NCBI GenBank assembly: GCA_038320275.1
Contig: JBBQEB010000004.1
Location: 1-60,239 of the forward strand
DNA: 60,239 nucleotides
DNA from: Myxococcales bacterium
GTDB taxonomy: Bacteria > Myxococcota > Myxococcia > Myxococcales > Anaeromyxobacteraceae
Reading direction: 5' to 3'
Below the pieces are notes generated by a model. That model did not search any database. It had not been told where the DNA came from and saw nothing but the letters and a program-made list of their open reading frames with translations. Positions within the stretch are counted from its first letter, which is position 1. Each line of letters opens with the position of its first letter. A program made the position numbers and the translations under genes. Shown here in pieces: positions 20,886 through 29,456 of this stretch.

Positions 20886-20914
20886 TTGACCATCCCGATG
20901 CGCCGGGCTATATG
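20886..20914 (+). promoter_or_regulatory. Putative sigma70 promoter of the polyprenyl synthase gene
   Basis: TTGACC-17 nt-TATATG. Confidence 0.55.
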
Positions 20915-20918
20915 GTCC

Positions 20919-20936
20919 CTTCACTTTTTTTTGAAG
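20919..20936. promoter_or_regulatory. Palindromic operator candidate CTTCA-N8-TGAAG
   Basis: CTTCACTTTTTTTTGAAG directly downstream of the -10 box; same spacing as 23474-23491. Confidence 0.5.
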
Positions 20937-20950
20937 CCGGAGAGCGGAGC

Positions 20951-21997
20951 ATGAGCCGAGAGCAGGCTATCCTGTCGCAGCTCGACGCCAGCGCCGCCCG
21001 AGGCCTCCGGCCCGAGAAGGCGCGCGCGGCCCTGCAGGAGGTTCCCACGCTTTCGGCGGAGCTCTCGCTTCTCGAGCAGGAGCTCACTCGCGCCACGGAC
21101 GACGCGGAGGGGACGCTTCGCGCCGCGGCGCGCCACCTGGTCGGCTCGGGCGGGAAGCGCGTGCGGCCCACCGTGACGCTGCTGGCGTGCGGCGCTTGCG
21201 GCGGGGAGCTGGCGGCGGCGGTTCCCTTTGCCTGCGCTGCGGAGCTCACCCACTCTGCGACCCTGCTCCACGACGACGTGATCGATGACGGCGCGATGCG
21301 GCGCGGCCAGCCTGCCTCGCGCGTCCTCTGGGGCAACGCGGTGTCCGTCCTCTCCGGCGATTGGCTCCTCACGCGGGCGCTGGAGATCGTGGCGGGGGAG
21401 CCCGCCCGCTCGGCAGCGCTGCCCGCGCTCCTCGCCACCATGCGGCGGCTGGTGGAGGGCGAGGTGCTGCAGCTCTCGCTGCGCGGCTCCTTCGCCACCA
21501 CCGAGCGGGACTATTTCGACGTGGTCCGCGGCAAGACGGCCTCGCTCTTCGGCTGGAGCGCAGCAGCAGGGGCTTGGTCGGCTGGCCTGCGCGGCCCTAT
21601 CCCCGAAGCGCTGGCGGAGTTTGGCGAGGGCATCGGAATGGCCTTCCAGATCGTGGACGACGCGCTCGACTACGCGGGCGACCCGGCGCTCCTGGGCAAG
21701 CGCCTGGGACAGGACTTCCTGGAGGGCAAGGCGACGCTGCCGCTCATCCGCGCCTTCGGGCGCGAGGTCGAGCTGCGCGAGAAGCTGCAGCGCCTGGTGG
21801 ACGGAGCGGCCGACCCGGCCGAGGTGGCCGAGGACGTCCTTGCCTCGGTGAAGCGCACCGGCGGCATCGAGGCGGCCCGCACCCTCGCCCGCGGCCACAC
21901 CGCCGCAGCCATGAAGGCGCTCGACAAGGTTCCGGACGGTCCCCACCGGCGCGCCATCGAGGAAGCAGCCAGGTCGCTCATCGAGCGGGAGATGTGA
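20951..21997 (+). CDS. Polyprenyl diphosphate synthase (IspB/HepT-like)
   Basis: GGKRVRP, LHDDVIDD, KTA, FQIVDDALD, GKATLP motifs. Confidence 0.93.
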   Translation: MSREQAILSQLDASAARGLRPEKARAALQEVPTLSAELSLLEQELTRATDDAEGTLRAAARHLVGSGGKRVRPTVTLLACGACGGELAAAVPFACAAELTHSATLLHDDVIDDGAMRRGQPASRVLWGNAVSVLSGDWLLTRALEIVAGEPARSAALPALLATMRRLVEGEVLQLSLRGSFATTERDYFDVVRGKTASLFGWSAAAGAWSAGLRGPIPEALAEFGEGIGMAFQIVDDALDYAGDPALLGKRLGQDFLEGKATLPLIRAFGREVELREKLQRLVDGAADPAEVAEDVLASVKRTGGIEAARTLARGHTAAAMKALDKVPDGPHRRAIEEAARSLIEREM

Positions 21998-22178
21998 ACG
22001 GAGGGGTCCCAGCGCAGCTGGGGAGGGCGCAGCCCTCCAGGGCGGGGCGGACGCGCGCAGCGCGCCGCAGGGACCCGCCGAGCGGGAGGGGGCCCCGGTC
22101 CAGCTTTGCTGGCCGGGGGGAGGGCGCAGCCCTCGTCCGACGCCGCAGCCAGGTCGCTCATCGAGCGGGAGATGTGAA
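21965..22178 (+). repeat. Perfect 34-bp direct repeat (21965-21998 and 22145-22178) flanking a hairpin element
   Basis: GCAGCCAGGTCGCTCATCGAGCGGGAGATGTGAA occurs twice, 180 bp apart; it includes the gene's stop codon. Confidence 0.95.
22000..22135 (+). mobile_element. Non-coding multi-hairpin element, copy A (MITE/REP-like)
   Basis: Five hairpins (CCCAGC-GCA-GCTGGG; GAGGGC-GCA-GCCCTC twice; CGCGC-GCA-GCGCG; CCAGC-TTT-GCTGG); homologous to 35158-35291. Confidence 0.65.
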
Positions 22179-22275
22179 TCGAGCGGAGCGAGGTCCTCCC
22201 ACGGGGCCATTCGCCCACACGCCCCGCCTGGATGATGGTGCCGTTGACCTGGGTCAGCCCTACCGTTGTGAAAGG

Positions 22276-22596
22276 ATGAATCGAACGACCTTCCGCCGCC
22301 GGCCCGACGGCGTCTACCAGATCGTACGTCGCGGGCCGGTGCGACGCCTCCTTCAGCGGCTCGACGCCCTCTTCGTCGGCGCGCTGGTCGGGGTCGCCCT
22401 GGCCCTGACCGTCACCCTGTACCTGCTCATCGGCCTGCCCTGGACGGTGGCCATGGGTGTCGCGGCGCTGTGCCGGTACGCCTGGAAGCGCTCGCGCCAG
22501 GCGCACGCGGCGGCGCGGGAGGCCATGGCGCGCTCCGGCGCGGTCATCGCGCGCTTCCCCGCCAGCACCCGCCGGCTGAGGGACGCCGGCGCGTAG
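22276..22596 (+). CDS. Small hypothetical membrane protein
   Basis: 106 aa, ATG start, two adjacent hydrophobic segments, basic termini. Confidence 0.6.
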   Translation: MNRTTFRRRPDGVYQIVRRGPVRRLLQRLDALFVGALVGVALALTVTLYLLIGLPWTVAMGVAALCRYAWKRSRQAHAAAREAMARSGAVIARFPASTRRLRDAGA

Positions 22597-22616
22597 GGGA
22601 GGACAGACGGGACTCG

Positions 22617-23456
22617 TCAGTCCTGGTACTCGGGCTTCACGCGGGGGATGAGGCCGCGCTCGGCCGATTCTGCCAGGAACAGCGCCACGGCGCGGCGGCC
22701 CTTCTCTCCCAGGCTCCGCGTCCAGTCGTTCACGTACATCCCGACGAAGGTGTCGGCCTTCGCCCGATCGAGGCCGCGCGCGTAGGTCATGGCGTGGTCG
22801 AGCGCTTCCTTCCGGTGATCGAGCCCGTAGGCGATGCTCTCCGCCAGCACGCGCGCCAGGGTCGCGCGCAGCGGGGCAGGCAGATCGCGCTTCACGGCGT
22901 TCATGCCGAGCGGCAGCGGCAGGGCGTGGCGGCGCTTCCACCACACCCCCAGATCCTCCACCACCCGCAGCCCCTCGTCTGCGGCCGTGAGCTGGCCCTC
23001 GTGGATGACGAGGCCCGCATCCACCTCGCCCCGCTTGGCGGCGTCGCCCACCGCCTTGAAGTCCATCAGGACTGGCGTGTGGAGGGGCACCCGGAGCGCG
23101 AGCGCGAGGGCCGCGCTGGTCCACTTTCCCGGGATGGCGATGCGCTTGCCGGTGAGGTCGCCCACCTCGCGGATGGGCGACGCCTCGGGCACCACCAGCG
23201 TCGGCCCGTAGCCGTCGCCGAACGAGGCGCCGGAGTCGAGGAGCAGGTACTTCTCGTGGAGGTAGGCGTACGCGTGCACCGAGAGGGCGGTGATCTCGTA
23301 CCGCCCCTCCACCGCCGCGTGGTTGAGCGTCTCGATGTCGCGCAGCTCGTGGACGAACTCGAGCCCTTCCGACTTCACCGCCCCCGAGGCGAGGCCGAAG
23401 AACATGAAGGCGTCGTCGGAGTCGGGGCTGTGCGCGATGCGGATGGTCTGGGGCAT
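22617..23456 (-). CDS. mqnD: 1,4-dihydroxy-6-naphthoate synthase
   Basis: HSPDSDDAFMF, GDGYGP, IHEGQLT, PLPLG, MYVN motifs; futalosine gene context. Confidence 0.88.
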   Translation of the reverse strand: MPQTIRIAHSPDSDDAFMFFGLASGAVKSEGLEFVHELRDIETLNHAAVEGRYEITALSVHAYAYLHEKYLLLDSGASFGDGYGPTLVVPEASPIREVGDLTGKRIAIPGKWTSAALALALRVPLHTPVLMDFKAVGDAAKRGEVDAGLVIHEGQLTAADEGLRVVEDLGVWWKRRHALPLPLGMNAVKRDLPAPLRATLARVLAESIAYGLDHRKEALDHAMTYARGLDRAKADTFVGMYVNDWTRSLGEKGRRAVALFLAESAERGLIPRVKPEYQD

Positions 23457-23473
23457 GGCAGCGGCTCATATCA

Positions 23474-23491
23474 TTTCAACGTTCATTGAAA
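23474..23491. promoter_or_regulatory. Palindromic operator candidate TTTCAA-N6-TTGAAA in the divergent mqn promoter region
   Basis: TTTCAACGTTCATTGAAA; its right arm doubles as a -35 (TTGAAA-17 nt-TAGAGA). Confidence 0.55.
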
Positions 23492-23524
23492 CAAGGGAAG
23501 AACCGGGCTAGAGATGTGCTCCTC

Positions 23525-25039
23525 ATGCCCTACCGGTCGCTTCGCAGCTTCCTCTCCCGGCTCGAGAGCGCCGGCGAGCTCGTCCGCGTCACGGAGCCGG
23601 TGGACCTCGCGCTCGACATGGCCGCGCTGGCCGATCGGGCGGCCAAGAGCGGCGGTCCGGCGCTCCTCTTCGAGCGGCCCAGCGCGGGCGCCCTGCCGGT
23701 CGCGATGAACCTGTTCGGCACGCGCCGGCGAACGGCCTGGGCGCTCTCCTGCGACGACCTCGAGGAGCCCGCCCACGAGCTTCGGGAGCTGCTTCACATG
23801 GCCCCCCCGGTGAGCTTCTGGGAGAAGCTCAAGCTCCTTCCCAGGCTGGGCAAGCTCGCCACCTACACGCCGAAGCACGTATCCGATGGGCCGGTGCGGG
23901 AGGTCGTGGAGCGGGAGCCCGATCTGGGCAGCATTCCCGTGCTCACGACCTGGCCGCACGATGGCGGGCCGTTCATCACCTTCCCGCAGGTCGTCACCCG
24001 CGACCCGGAGACGGGGCTCCGCAACGTCGGGATGTACCGGCTTCAAGTCCTCGGGCCGCGCCGGCTGGCGATGCACTGGCAACTGCACAAGACGGCCACC
24101 GCGCACTACCGCGCCTACCGCAAGCGAGGCGAGCGCATGCCGGTCGCCATCGCGCTCGGCGGCGATCCGGCGCTCACCTACTGCGCGTCCGCCCCGCTGC
24201 CTCCTGGCATCGACGAGTACCTCTTCGCCGGTTTTCTTCGGAAGGAAGGCGTGCCTCTCGTGAAGTGCCTCACGAGTGACCTCGAGGTGCCCGCCGAGGC
24301 CGACCTCGTGATCGAGGGCTTCGTGGACGTCTCCGCACCGCTCGTGCGCGAAGGCCCCTTCGGCGATCACACCGGTTACTACTCGCTCGCGGACGACTAC
24401 CCCGCGCTCGACGTCACCTGCATCACGCGCCGGCGCGACGCGATCTACCCGGCCACGGTGGTGGGCCCGCCGCCCATGGAGGACCTGTGGCTGGGCAAGG
24501 CCACCGAGCGGCTCTTCCTGCCGCTCCTCCAGACCATCTTCCCCGAGGTGGTGGACATGTCGTTCCCGGCGGAGGGCGTGTTCCACAACCTCTGCTTCAT
24601 CTCCATCCGCAAGGACTACCCGGGGCACGCCAAGAAGCTCATGCACGGGCTGTGGGGGTCCGGACAGATGGCCAACACCAAGACGCTGGTGGTGTTCGAC
24701 GAGGACGTGGACGTGCAGGATCACGCTCAGTGCGCGTGGCGCGCCTTCGCCAACGTCGACGCCCGGCGCGACCTGGTGGTGCTCGAGGGGCCGGTGGACG
24801 TGCTCGACCACGCCGCGCCGGCCTTCGGGCTGGGCGCCAAGATCGGCGTCGACGGGACCAAGAAGTGGGCCGAGGAGGGCGGGCGCGAGTGGCCGGAGCC
24901 CTGCATCCACCCGCCGGAGGTCCTGGCGCGCATGGACGCGGTCTACGCGCGGCTCGTCCCGTCAGCCCCGCCTCCGCGGCGGCCCAACATTCCCGCCCCC
25001 CCGGCGGCGAGCTGGATCCCTCGCAAGGGAGCCGCCTGA
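23525..25039 (+). CDS. UbiD-family (prFMN) decarboxylase of menaquinone biosynthesis (MqnL-like)
   Basis: RNVGMYRLQ, EGPFGDHTGYY, GPVDVLDHA, GAKIGVDGTKK. Confidence 0.92.
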   Translation: MPYRSLRSFLSRLESAGELVRVTEPVDLALDMAALADRAAKSGGPALLFERPSAGALPVAMNLFGTRRRTAWALSCDDLEEPAHELRELLHMAPPVSFWEKLKLLPRLGKLATYTPKHVSDGPVREVVEREPDLGSIPVLTTWPHDGGPFITFPQVVTRDPETGLRNVGMYRLQVLGPRRLAMHWQLHKTATAHYRAYRKRGERMPVAIALGGDPALTYCASAPLPPGIDEYLFAGFLRKEGVPLVKCLTSDLEVPAEADLVIEGFVDVSAPLVREGPFGDHTGYYSLADDYPALDVTCITRRRDAIYPATVVGPPPMEDLWLGKATERLFLPLLQTIFPEVVDMSFPAEGVFHNLCFISIRKDYPGHAKKLMHGLWGSGQMANTKTLVVFDEDVDVQDHAQCAWRAFANVDARRDLVVLEGPVDVLDHAAPAFGLGAKIGVDGTKKWAEEGGREWPEPCIHPPEVLARMDAVYARLVPSAPPPRRPNIPAPPAASWIPRKGAA

Positions 25040-25756
25040 ATGTCGTCGTCGGTTCCCCTTCCCGGCGAGTCGAACCGCGGCGGCGCGGTGCGCGCGATGT
25101 TCGACCGCATCGCGCCCTCGTACGACCTGCTCAACCGCGTCATGACGCTGTCGGTGGACGTTCGCTGGCGGCGCAGGCTGGTGCGCGCGCTCGACCTCCG
25201 GCCGGGCGAGGCGCTCCTCGACGTCTGCGCCGGGACCATGGACGTCGCGGCCGAGGCCCGCCGCCGGGTGCCCGCCGCCCGCGTCACCGCGGTGGACTTC
25301 TCGCTGGAGATGCTGACCCGCGGCGCGGCCAAGACCGGGCTCCCCGCCGCGCAGGCGGACGCGCTGGCCCTGCCGTTCCCCGGAGCGCGCTTCGACGCCG
25401 CTTCGGTGGCGTTTGGCGTGCGAAACCTGGAGTCGCTGGAGGGCGGCCTCTCCGAGCTGGCTCGGGTGCTGCGCCCTGGCGGAAGGCTGGGCGTCCTGGA
25501 GTTCTTCCGCCCCGAATCGTCCGGCTCTCGCTTCGTGCACGGCGCCTACAACCGCCTGGCGCTCCCCGTGCTCGGCCGCGCCCTGTCGCCCGACCCCGAG
25601 GCGTACCAGTACCTCGTCGCCTCCATGGAGCGCTTCGTCTCCAGGCCCGAGTTCGAGGTCGCCTGCTCCCGGGCGGGCTTCCAGGAAGTCCGCGGCGAGG
25701 CGCTCTTTCCCGGGGTGTGCGGCCTCGTTACGGCGGTGAGAGGCAGCGCGGCGTGA
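25040..25756 (+). CDS. menG: Demethylmenaquinone methyltransferase (UbiE/MenG family)
   Basis: MFDRIAPSYDLLNRVM, DVCAGT, FGVRN, RVLRPGG, AYQYL. Confidence 0.88.
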   Translation: MSSSVPLPGESNRGGAVRAMFDRIAPSYDLLNRVMTLSVDVRWRRRLVRALDLRPGEALLDVCAGTMDVAAEARRRVPAARVTAVDFSLEMLTRGAAKTGLPAAQADALALPFPGARFDAASVAFGVRNLESLEGGLSELARVLRPGGRLGVLEFFRPESSGSRFVHGAYNRLALPVLGRALSPDPEAYQYLVASMERFVSRPEFEVACSRAGFQEVRGEALFPGVCGLVTAVRGSAA

Positions 25757-26355
25757 AGCTGGTGGTCGCGATCAGCGGCGCCTCGGGCGCCCCCTACGCG
25801 AGGCGTCTCCTCGACTTCCTCGCGGCCGAGGGGCCCGCGCACGACATCCACGTCGACCTGGTCTTCACCGAGACCGGGAGGCAGGTCTGGACGCAGGAGA
25901 TCGGCGCCGCTCCGGCCTACCCCTTTCGCACCTGGAAGAACCGCGACTTCACGGCGCCCTTCGCCTCCGGTAGCTCGCGCTACGACGCGATGGCGGTGGT
26001 GCCCTGCTCGGCGGGCGCGATGGCGCGCATCGCCAGCGGCGTCTCGATGGACCTCGTCGGGCGCGCCGCCGACGTGATGCTGAAGGAGCGCCGGCGGCTG
26101 GTGCTGTGCCTGCGCGAGACACCCATCTCGCTGGTCCACGCGCGGGCGATGGCTCAGGTCATCGAGGCCGGCGCCTACGTCATGCCCGCCTGCCCCAGCT
26201 TCTACTCGCACCCCAAGGACATCGGCGAGCTGGTGGACACGGTCGTGTCCCGCCTCCTCGATCGCCTCGACATTCCCAACGAGCTCATGCGGCGCTGGGA
26301 GGGCCTCTCGCCCCGATCGCGCGCCGCCGTCTCCGAACCCTCCGTGGAGGACTGA
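25753..26355 (+). CDS. ubiX: Flavin prenyltransferase
   Basis: ISGASG, ASGS, VPCS, RAADVMLKERR, RETP, PSFY; GTG overlaps the upstream stop. Confidence 0.92.
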   Translation: MKLVVAISGASGAPYARRLLDFLAAEGPAHDIHVDLVFTETGRQVWTQEIGAAPAYPFRTWKNRDFTAPFASGSSRYDAMAVVPCSAGAMARIASGVSMDLVGRAADVMLKERRRLVLCLRETPISLVHARAMAQVIEAGAYVMPACPSFYSHPKDIGELVDTVVSRLLDRLDIPNELMRRWEGLSPRSRAAVSEPSVED

Positions 26356-26358
26356 ACC

Positions 26359-27555
26359 ATGCCGCTCTCCCACCTGGCGCAGCGCGCCCTCGAGCGCTCC
26401 GGGCTCGGGCCCATCCGCGACAAGGTGCTCGCGGGCGAGCGCCTCGCCGAGGAGGACGCCGTGCGGCTCCTCGAGACGAGGGACCTCGCCGCGGTGGGGG
26501 CGCTCGCGAACCACGTGCGCGAGGCGCGGCACGGCGACGTCACCTTCTACAACCGGAACGCGCACCTCAACTTCACCAACGTGTGCGTGGCGGCCTGCAA
26601 GTTCTGCTCGTTCGCGCGGCCGGACGACCGCGCAGCCAGCGAGGGCTACACCATGTCCCTCGACGAGGCGGTGGGGAGCGTCCTCGCGAAGCGCACCCTC
26701 GGCATCACCGAGGTGCACATCGTGAACGGGCTTCACCCCGACCTCCCGTGGGACTACTACCTGGAGGTCCCGCGCCGCATCCACGCCGGCTGGCCCGAGC
26801 TGCAGATCAAGGGCTACACCGCGGTAGAGATCCACTTCTTCGCGGAGAAGTTCGGCAAGACCTACGAGGAGGTGCTGCGCGAGCTCATGGCGGCCGGCGT
26901 GCAGACCATGCCGGGCGGCGGCGCCGAGATCTTCGCCCCTCGCGTGCGGCGGAAGATGTGCGACGACAAGGCGACCGCCGAGCAGTGGCTCGAGGTGCAC
27001 CGCGTCGCGCACCGCCTGGGCATGAAGACCAATGCCACCATGCTGTACGGCACCATCGAGACGCTCGCCGAGCGCGTCGACCACATGGCCCGGCTGCGCG
27101 CGCTGCAGGACGAGACCGGCGGGTTCCAGGTGTTCATCCCGCTCGCCTTCCATCCCGAGGGCAACATGATGGGCCGGGCCTTCCCCAAGCCCACCGGCTA
27201 CGACGGCCTGCGCACCTACGCAGCCGCGCGCCTCTTCCTCGACAACTTCGACAACGTGAAGGCGTACTGGATCATGCTGGGGGAGCGGCTGGCGCAGGCC
27301 GCGCTCTCCTTCGGCGTGAATGACCTCGACGGCACCGTGCTCGAGGAGCGCATCTACCACATGGCCGGCGCCACCACGCCCCAGGCGCTGTCCGAGAGGC
27401 AGCTCCACCGGCTCATCCGCGCCGCGGGGCGAGTGCCCGTCGAGCGGGACAGCTTCTACCGCACGCTCCGCGTGCACGCCCTGCCGGCGGCGCAGGAACC
27501 CGGCGCCCCTGCCTCCGTTCGCCCCGACGCCAGGGCGGTCGAAGCACGACCGTAG
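26359..27555 (+). CDS. mqnE: Aminofutalosine synthase (radical SAM)
   Basis: CVAACKFC, EVHIVNGLHP, PGGGAEIF, FIPLAFHP, KAYWIM, EERIYHMAG. Confidence 0.9.
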   Translation: MPLSHLAQRALERSGLGPIRDKVLAGERLAEEDAVRLLETRDLAAVGALANHVREARHGDVTFYNRNAHLNFTNVCVAACKFCSFARPDDRAASEGYTMSLDEAVGSVLAKRTLGITEVHIVNGLHPDLPWDYYLEVPRRIHAGWPELQIKGYTAVEIHFFAEKFGKTYEEVLRELMAAGVQTMPGGGAEIFAPRVRRKMCDDKATAEQWLEVHRVAHRLGMKTNATMLYGTIETLAERVDHMARLRALQDETGGFQVFIPLAFHPEGNMMGRAFPKPTGYDGLRTYAAARLFLDNFDNVKAYWIMLGERLAQAALSFGVNDLDGTVLEERIYHMAGATTPQALSERQLHRLIRAAGRVPVERDSFYRTLRVHALPAAQEPGAPASVRPDARAVEARP

Positions 27556-27575
27556 CCAAAAGGCCGAGGATCATC

Positions 27576-29453
27576 ATGCCCAAGCTTCGCGCCGCCGCCG
27601 TCTCGTTCCTCAACGCCCGCCCGCTCACCGTCGCGCTGGAGCGCTCCTCCCGCATCGAGCTCGTGCTGGCGGAGCCCTCCGCCTGCGCCGCCATGCTGGA
27701 GCGCGGAGAGGTGGAGGTGGCGCTCCTCCCGGTGGGCGGCCTGGTGGGCAAGGACTACGAGATCGTCCCGGGGGTCGCCATCGGATCGGACGGGCCCGTG
27801 AGCACCGTGCTGCTCGCCGGTGAGCAATCGCCGGCGGTCTGGGACGAGGTCTTCCTCGACACCGCCTCCCGCACCTCGCAGCTCCTCGCCAAGATCGTCC
27901 TCGATGCGCGCGGCGTTCACCCCAGGTTCACGCAGATGCCGGCCGCAGACGGGCTCGCGCTGGCGCGCGGCACCAAGGGCGCGCTCGTCATCGGCGACCG
28001 CGGGTTCGGCGTCTCCGCGAATCAGATCCTCGACCTCGGGCGCGAGTGGACGCAGCTCACCAAGCTCCCCATGGTCTATGCGCTCTGGGCCGCCCGCCCG
28101 GGGGTGATGGCGCCGGAGGACGTGGCGGAGCTCGTCCGCGGGGCGCGCGAGGGCCTCGGGATGCGCACCGAGCTCGCCCAGGCCTTCGCGAGGGAGCGGG
28201 GCGGGGACCCGGAGCGCTACCGCCGCTACCTGACCCACCGCATCCGCTACGGTCTCGGGCCGCACGAGCTCTCCGGGCTGGAGGCTTTCGTGGCAAAGGT
28301 GGCCTCCCTCGGCTTCGGCCCGGAGACGACGCTCAGGTTCGCCGACGACCACGTCCGCCGCTCTCACGTGCGCCGCGCGGTCTCGCTCGACACCGCGCTG
28401 CAGAAGGGCGCGGACGGCGAGCGGCTCGACGCGGACGAGGCGGAGCTCCTGGAGGAGCAGGCGCCGCTGCTCGAGCTGGGGCTCGCCGCCGACGCGCGCA
28501 GGCGGGCGCTCCACCCGGAGGGCGTCGTCACCTACATCGTGTCGCGCAACATGAACTACACCAACGTGTGCACCACCGCGTGCCACTTCTGCGCCTTCTA
28601 CAGGCCGCGCGGGCACGGCGAGGCGTACCTGCTCACCCGCGAGGAGATGGCGAAGAAGATCGAGGACACCATCGCGGTGGGCGGCATCGAGGTGCTGCTG
28701 CAGGGCGGGCTCCATCCCGATCTGGGCATCGAGTGGTACGAGGACCTCTTCCGCTGGGTGAAGTCGAGCTACCCCACCATCAACCTGCACGCCCTCTCGC
28801 CGGAGGAGATCTGGCACATCGCGCGCACCAGCCAGCTCCCGCTCGACACCGCGCTCGACCGGCTCATCGCCTCCGGGCTCGACTCCATCCCGGGCGGCGG
28901 GGCCGAGATCCTCGACGACGACGTCCGCAGGCGGATCGCACCGCTCAAGTGCTCCACCGACGAGTGGCTCGCGGTCATGCGCGCGGCGCACCTGAAGGGC
29001 CTCCGCTCCACTGCCACGCTCATGTTCGGGGTGGGCGAGGAGGGCCACCACCGCGTCGGCCACCTCCTGCGCCTCCGCGAGCTCCAGGACGAGACGAAGG
29101 GATTCACCGCCTTCATCTGCTGGACCTTCCAGCCGGAGAACACCCGCCTCGCCCCGGGCGACAACTCCGCGCACGCTTATCTGCGGGTGAACGCCCTCTC
29201 GCGGCTGGTGCTCGACAACGTCCCCAATTTGCAGGCCTCCTGGGTCACCATGGGCGGCGGCGTCGCGCAGGCGGCGCTGCACATGGGCTGCAACGACTTC
29301 GGCTCGGTCATGCTGGAGGAGAACGTCGTCTCCGCGGCGGGGACCACCTTCCAGATGGACTCGGAGGAGGTGGAGCGGCACATCCGCGACGCCGGGTTCG
29401 TGCCCGCGCGGCGCAACATGCGCTACCAGCTCGTGGCGGGGAAGGCGGCCTGA
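27576..29453 (+). CDS. mqnC: Fused chorismate dehydratase (MqnA) / cyclic dehypoxanthinyl futalosine synthase (MqnC)
   Basis: N-terminal ~255 aa: VSFLNARPL, GPVSTV, SRTS, IGD, DLGREW...LPMVYALW (MqnA). C-terminal part: NYTNVCTTACHFCAF, LQGGLHP, LQASWVT, GCNDFGS.MLEENVV (MqnC). Confidence 0.88.
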   Translation: MPKLRAAAVSFLNARPLTVALERSSRIELVLAEPSACAAMLERGEVEVALLPVGGLVGKDYEIVPGVAIGSDGPVSTVLLAGEQSPAVWDEVFLDTASRTSQLLAKIVLDARGVHPRFTQMPAADGLALARGTKGALVIGDRGFGVSANQILDLGREWTQLTKLPMVYALWAARPGVMAPEDVAELVRGAREGLGMRTELAQAFARERGGDPERYRRYLTHRIRYGLGPHELSGLEAFVAKVASLGFGPETTLRFADDHVRRSHVRRAVSLDTALQKGADGERLDADEAELLEEQAPLLELGLAADARRRALHPEGVVTYIVSRNMNYTNVCTTACHFCAFYRPRGHGEAYLLTREEMAKKIEDTIAVGGIEVLLQGGLHPDLGIEWYEDLFRWVKSSYPTINLHALSPEEIWHIARTSQLPLDTALDRLIASGLDSIPGGGAEILDDDVRRRIAPLKCSTDEWLAVMRAAHLKGLRSTATLMFGVGEEGHHRVGHLLRLRELQDETKGFTAFICWTFQPENTRLAPGDNSAHAYLRVNALSRLVLDNVPNLQASWVTMGGGVAQAALHMGCNDFGSVMLEENVVSAAGTTFQMDSEEVERHIRDAGFVPARRNMRYQLVAGKAA

Positions 29454-29456
29454 CGG

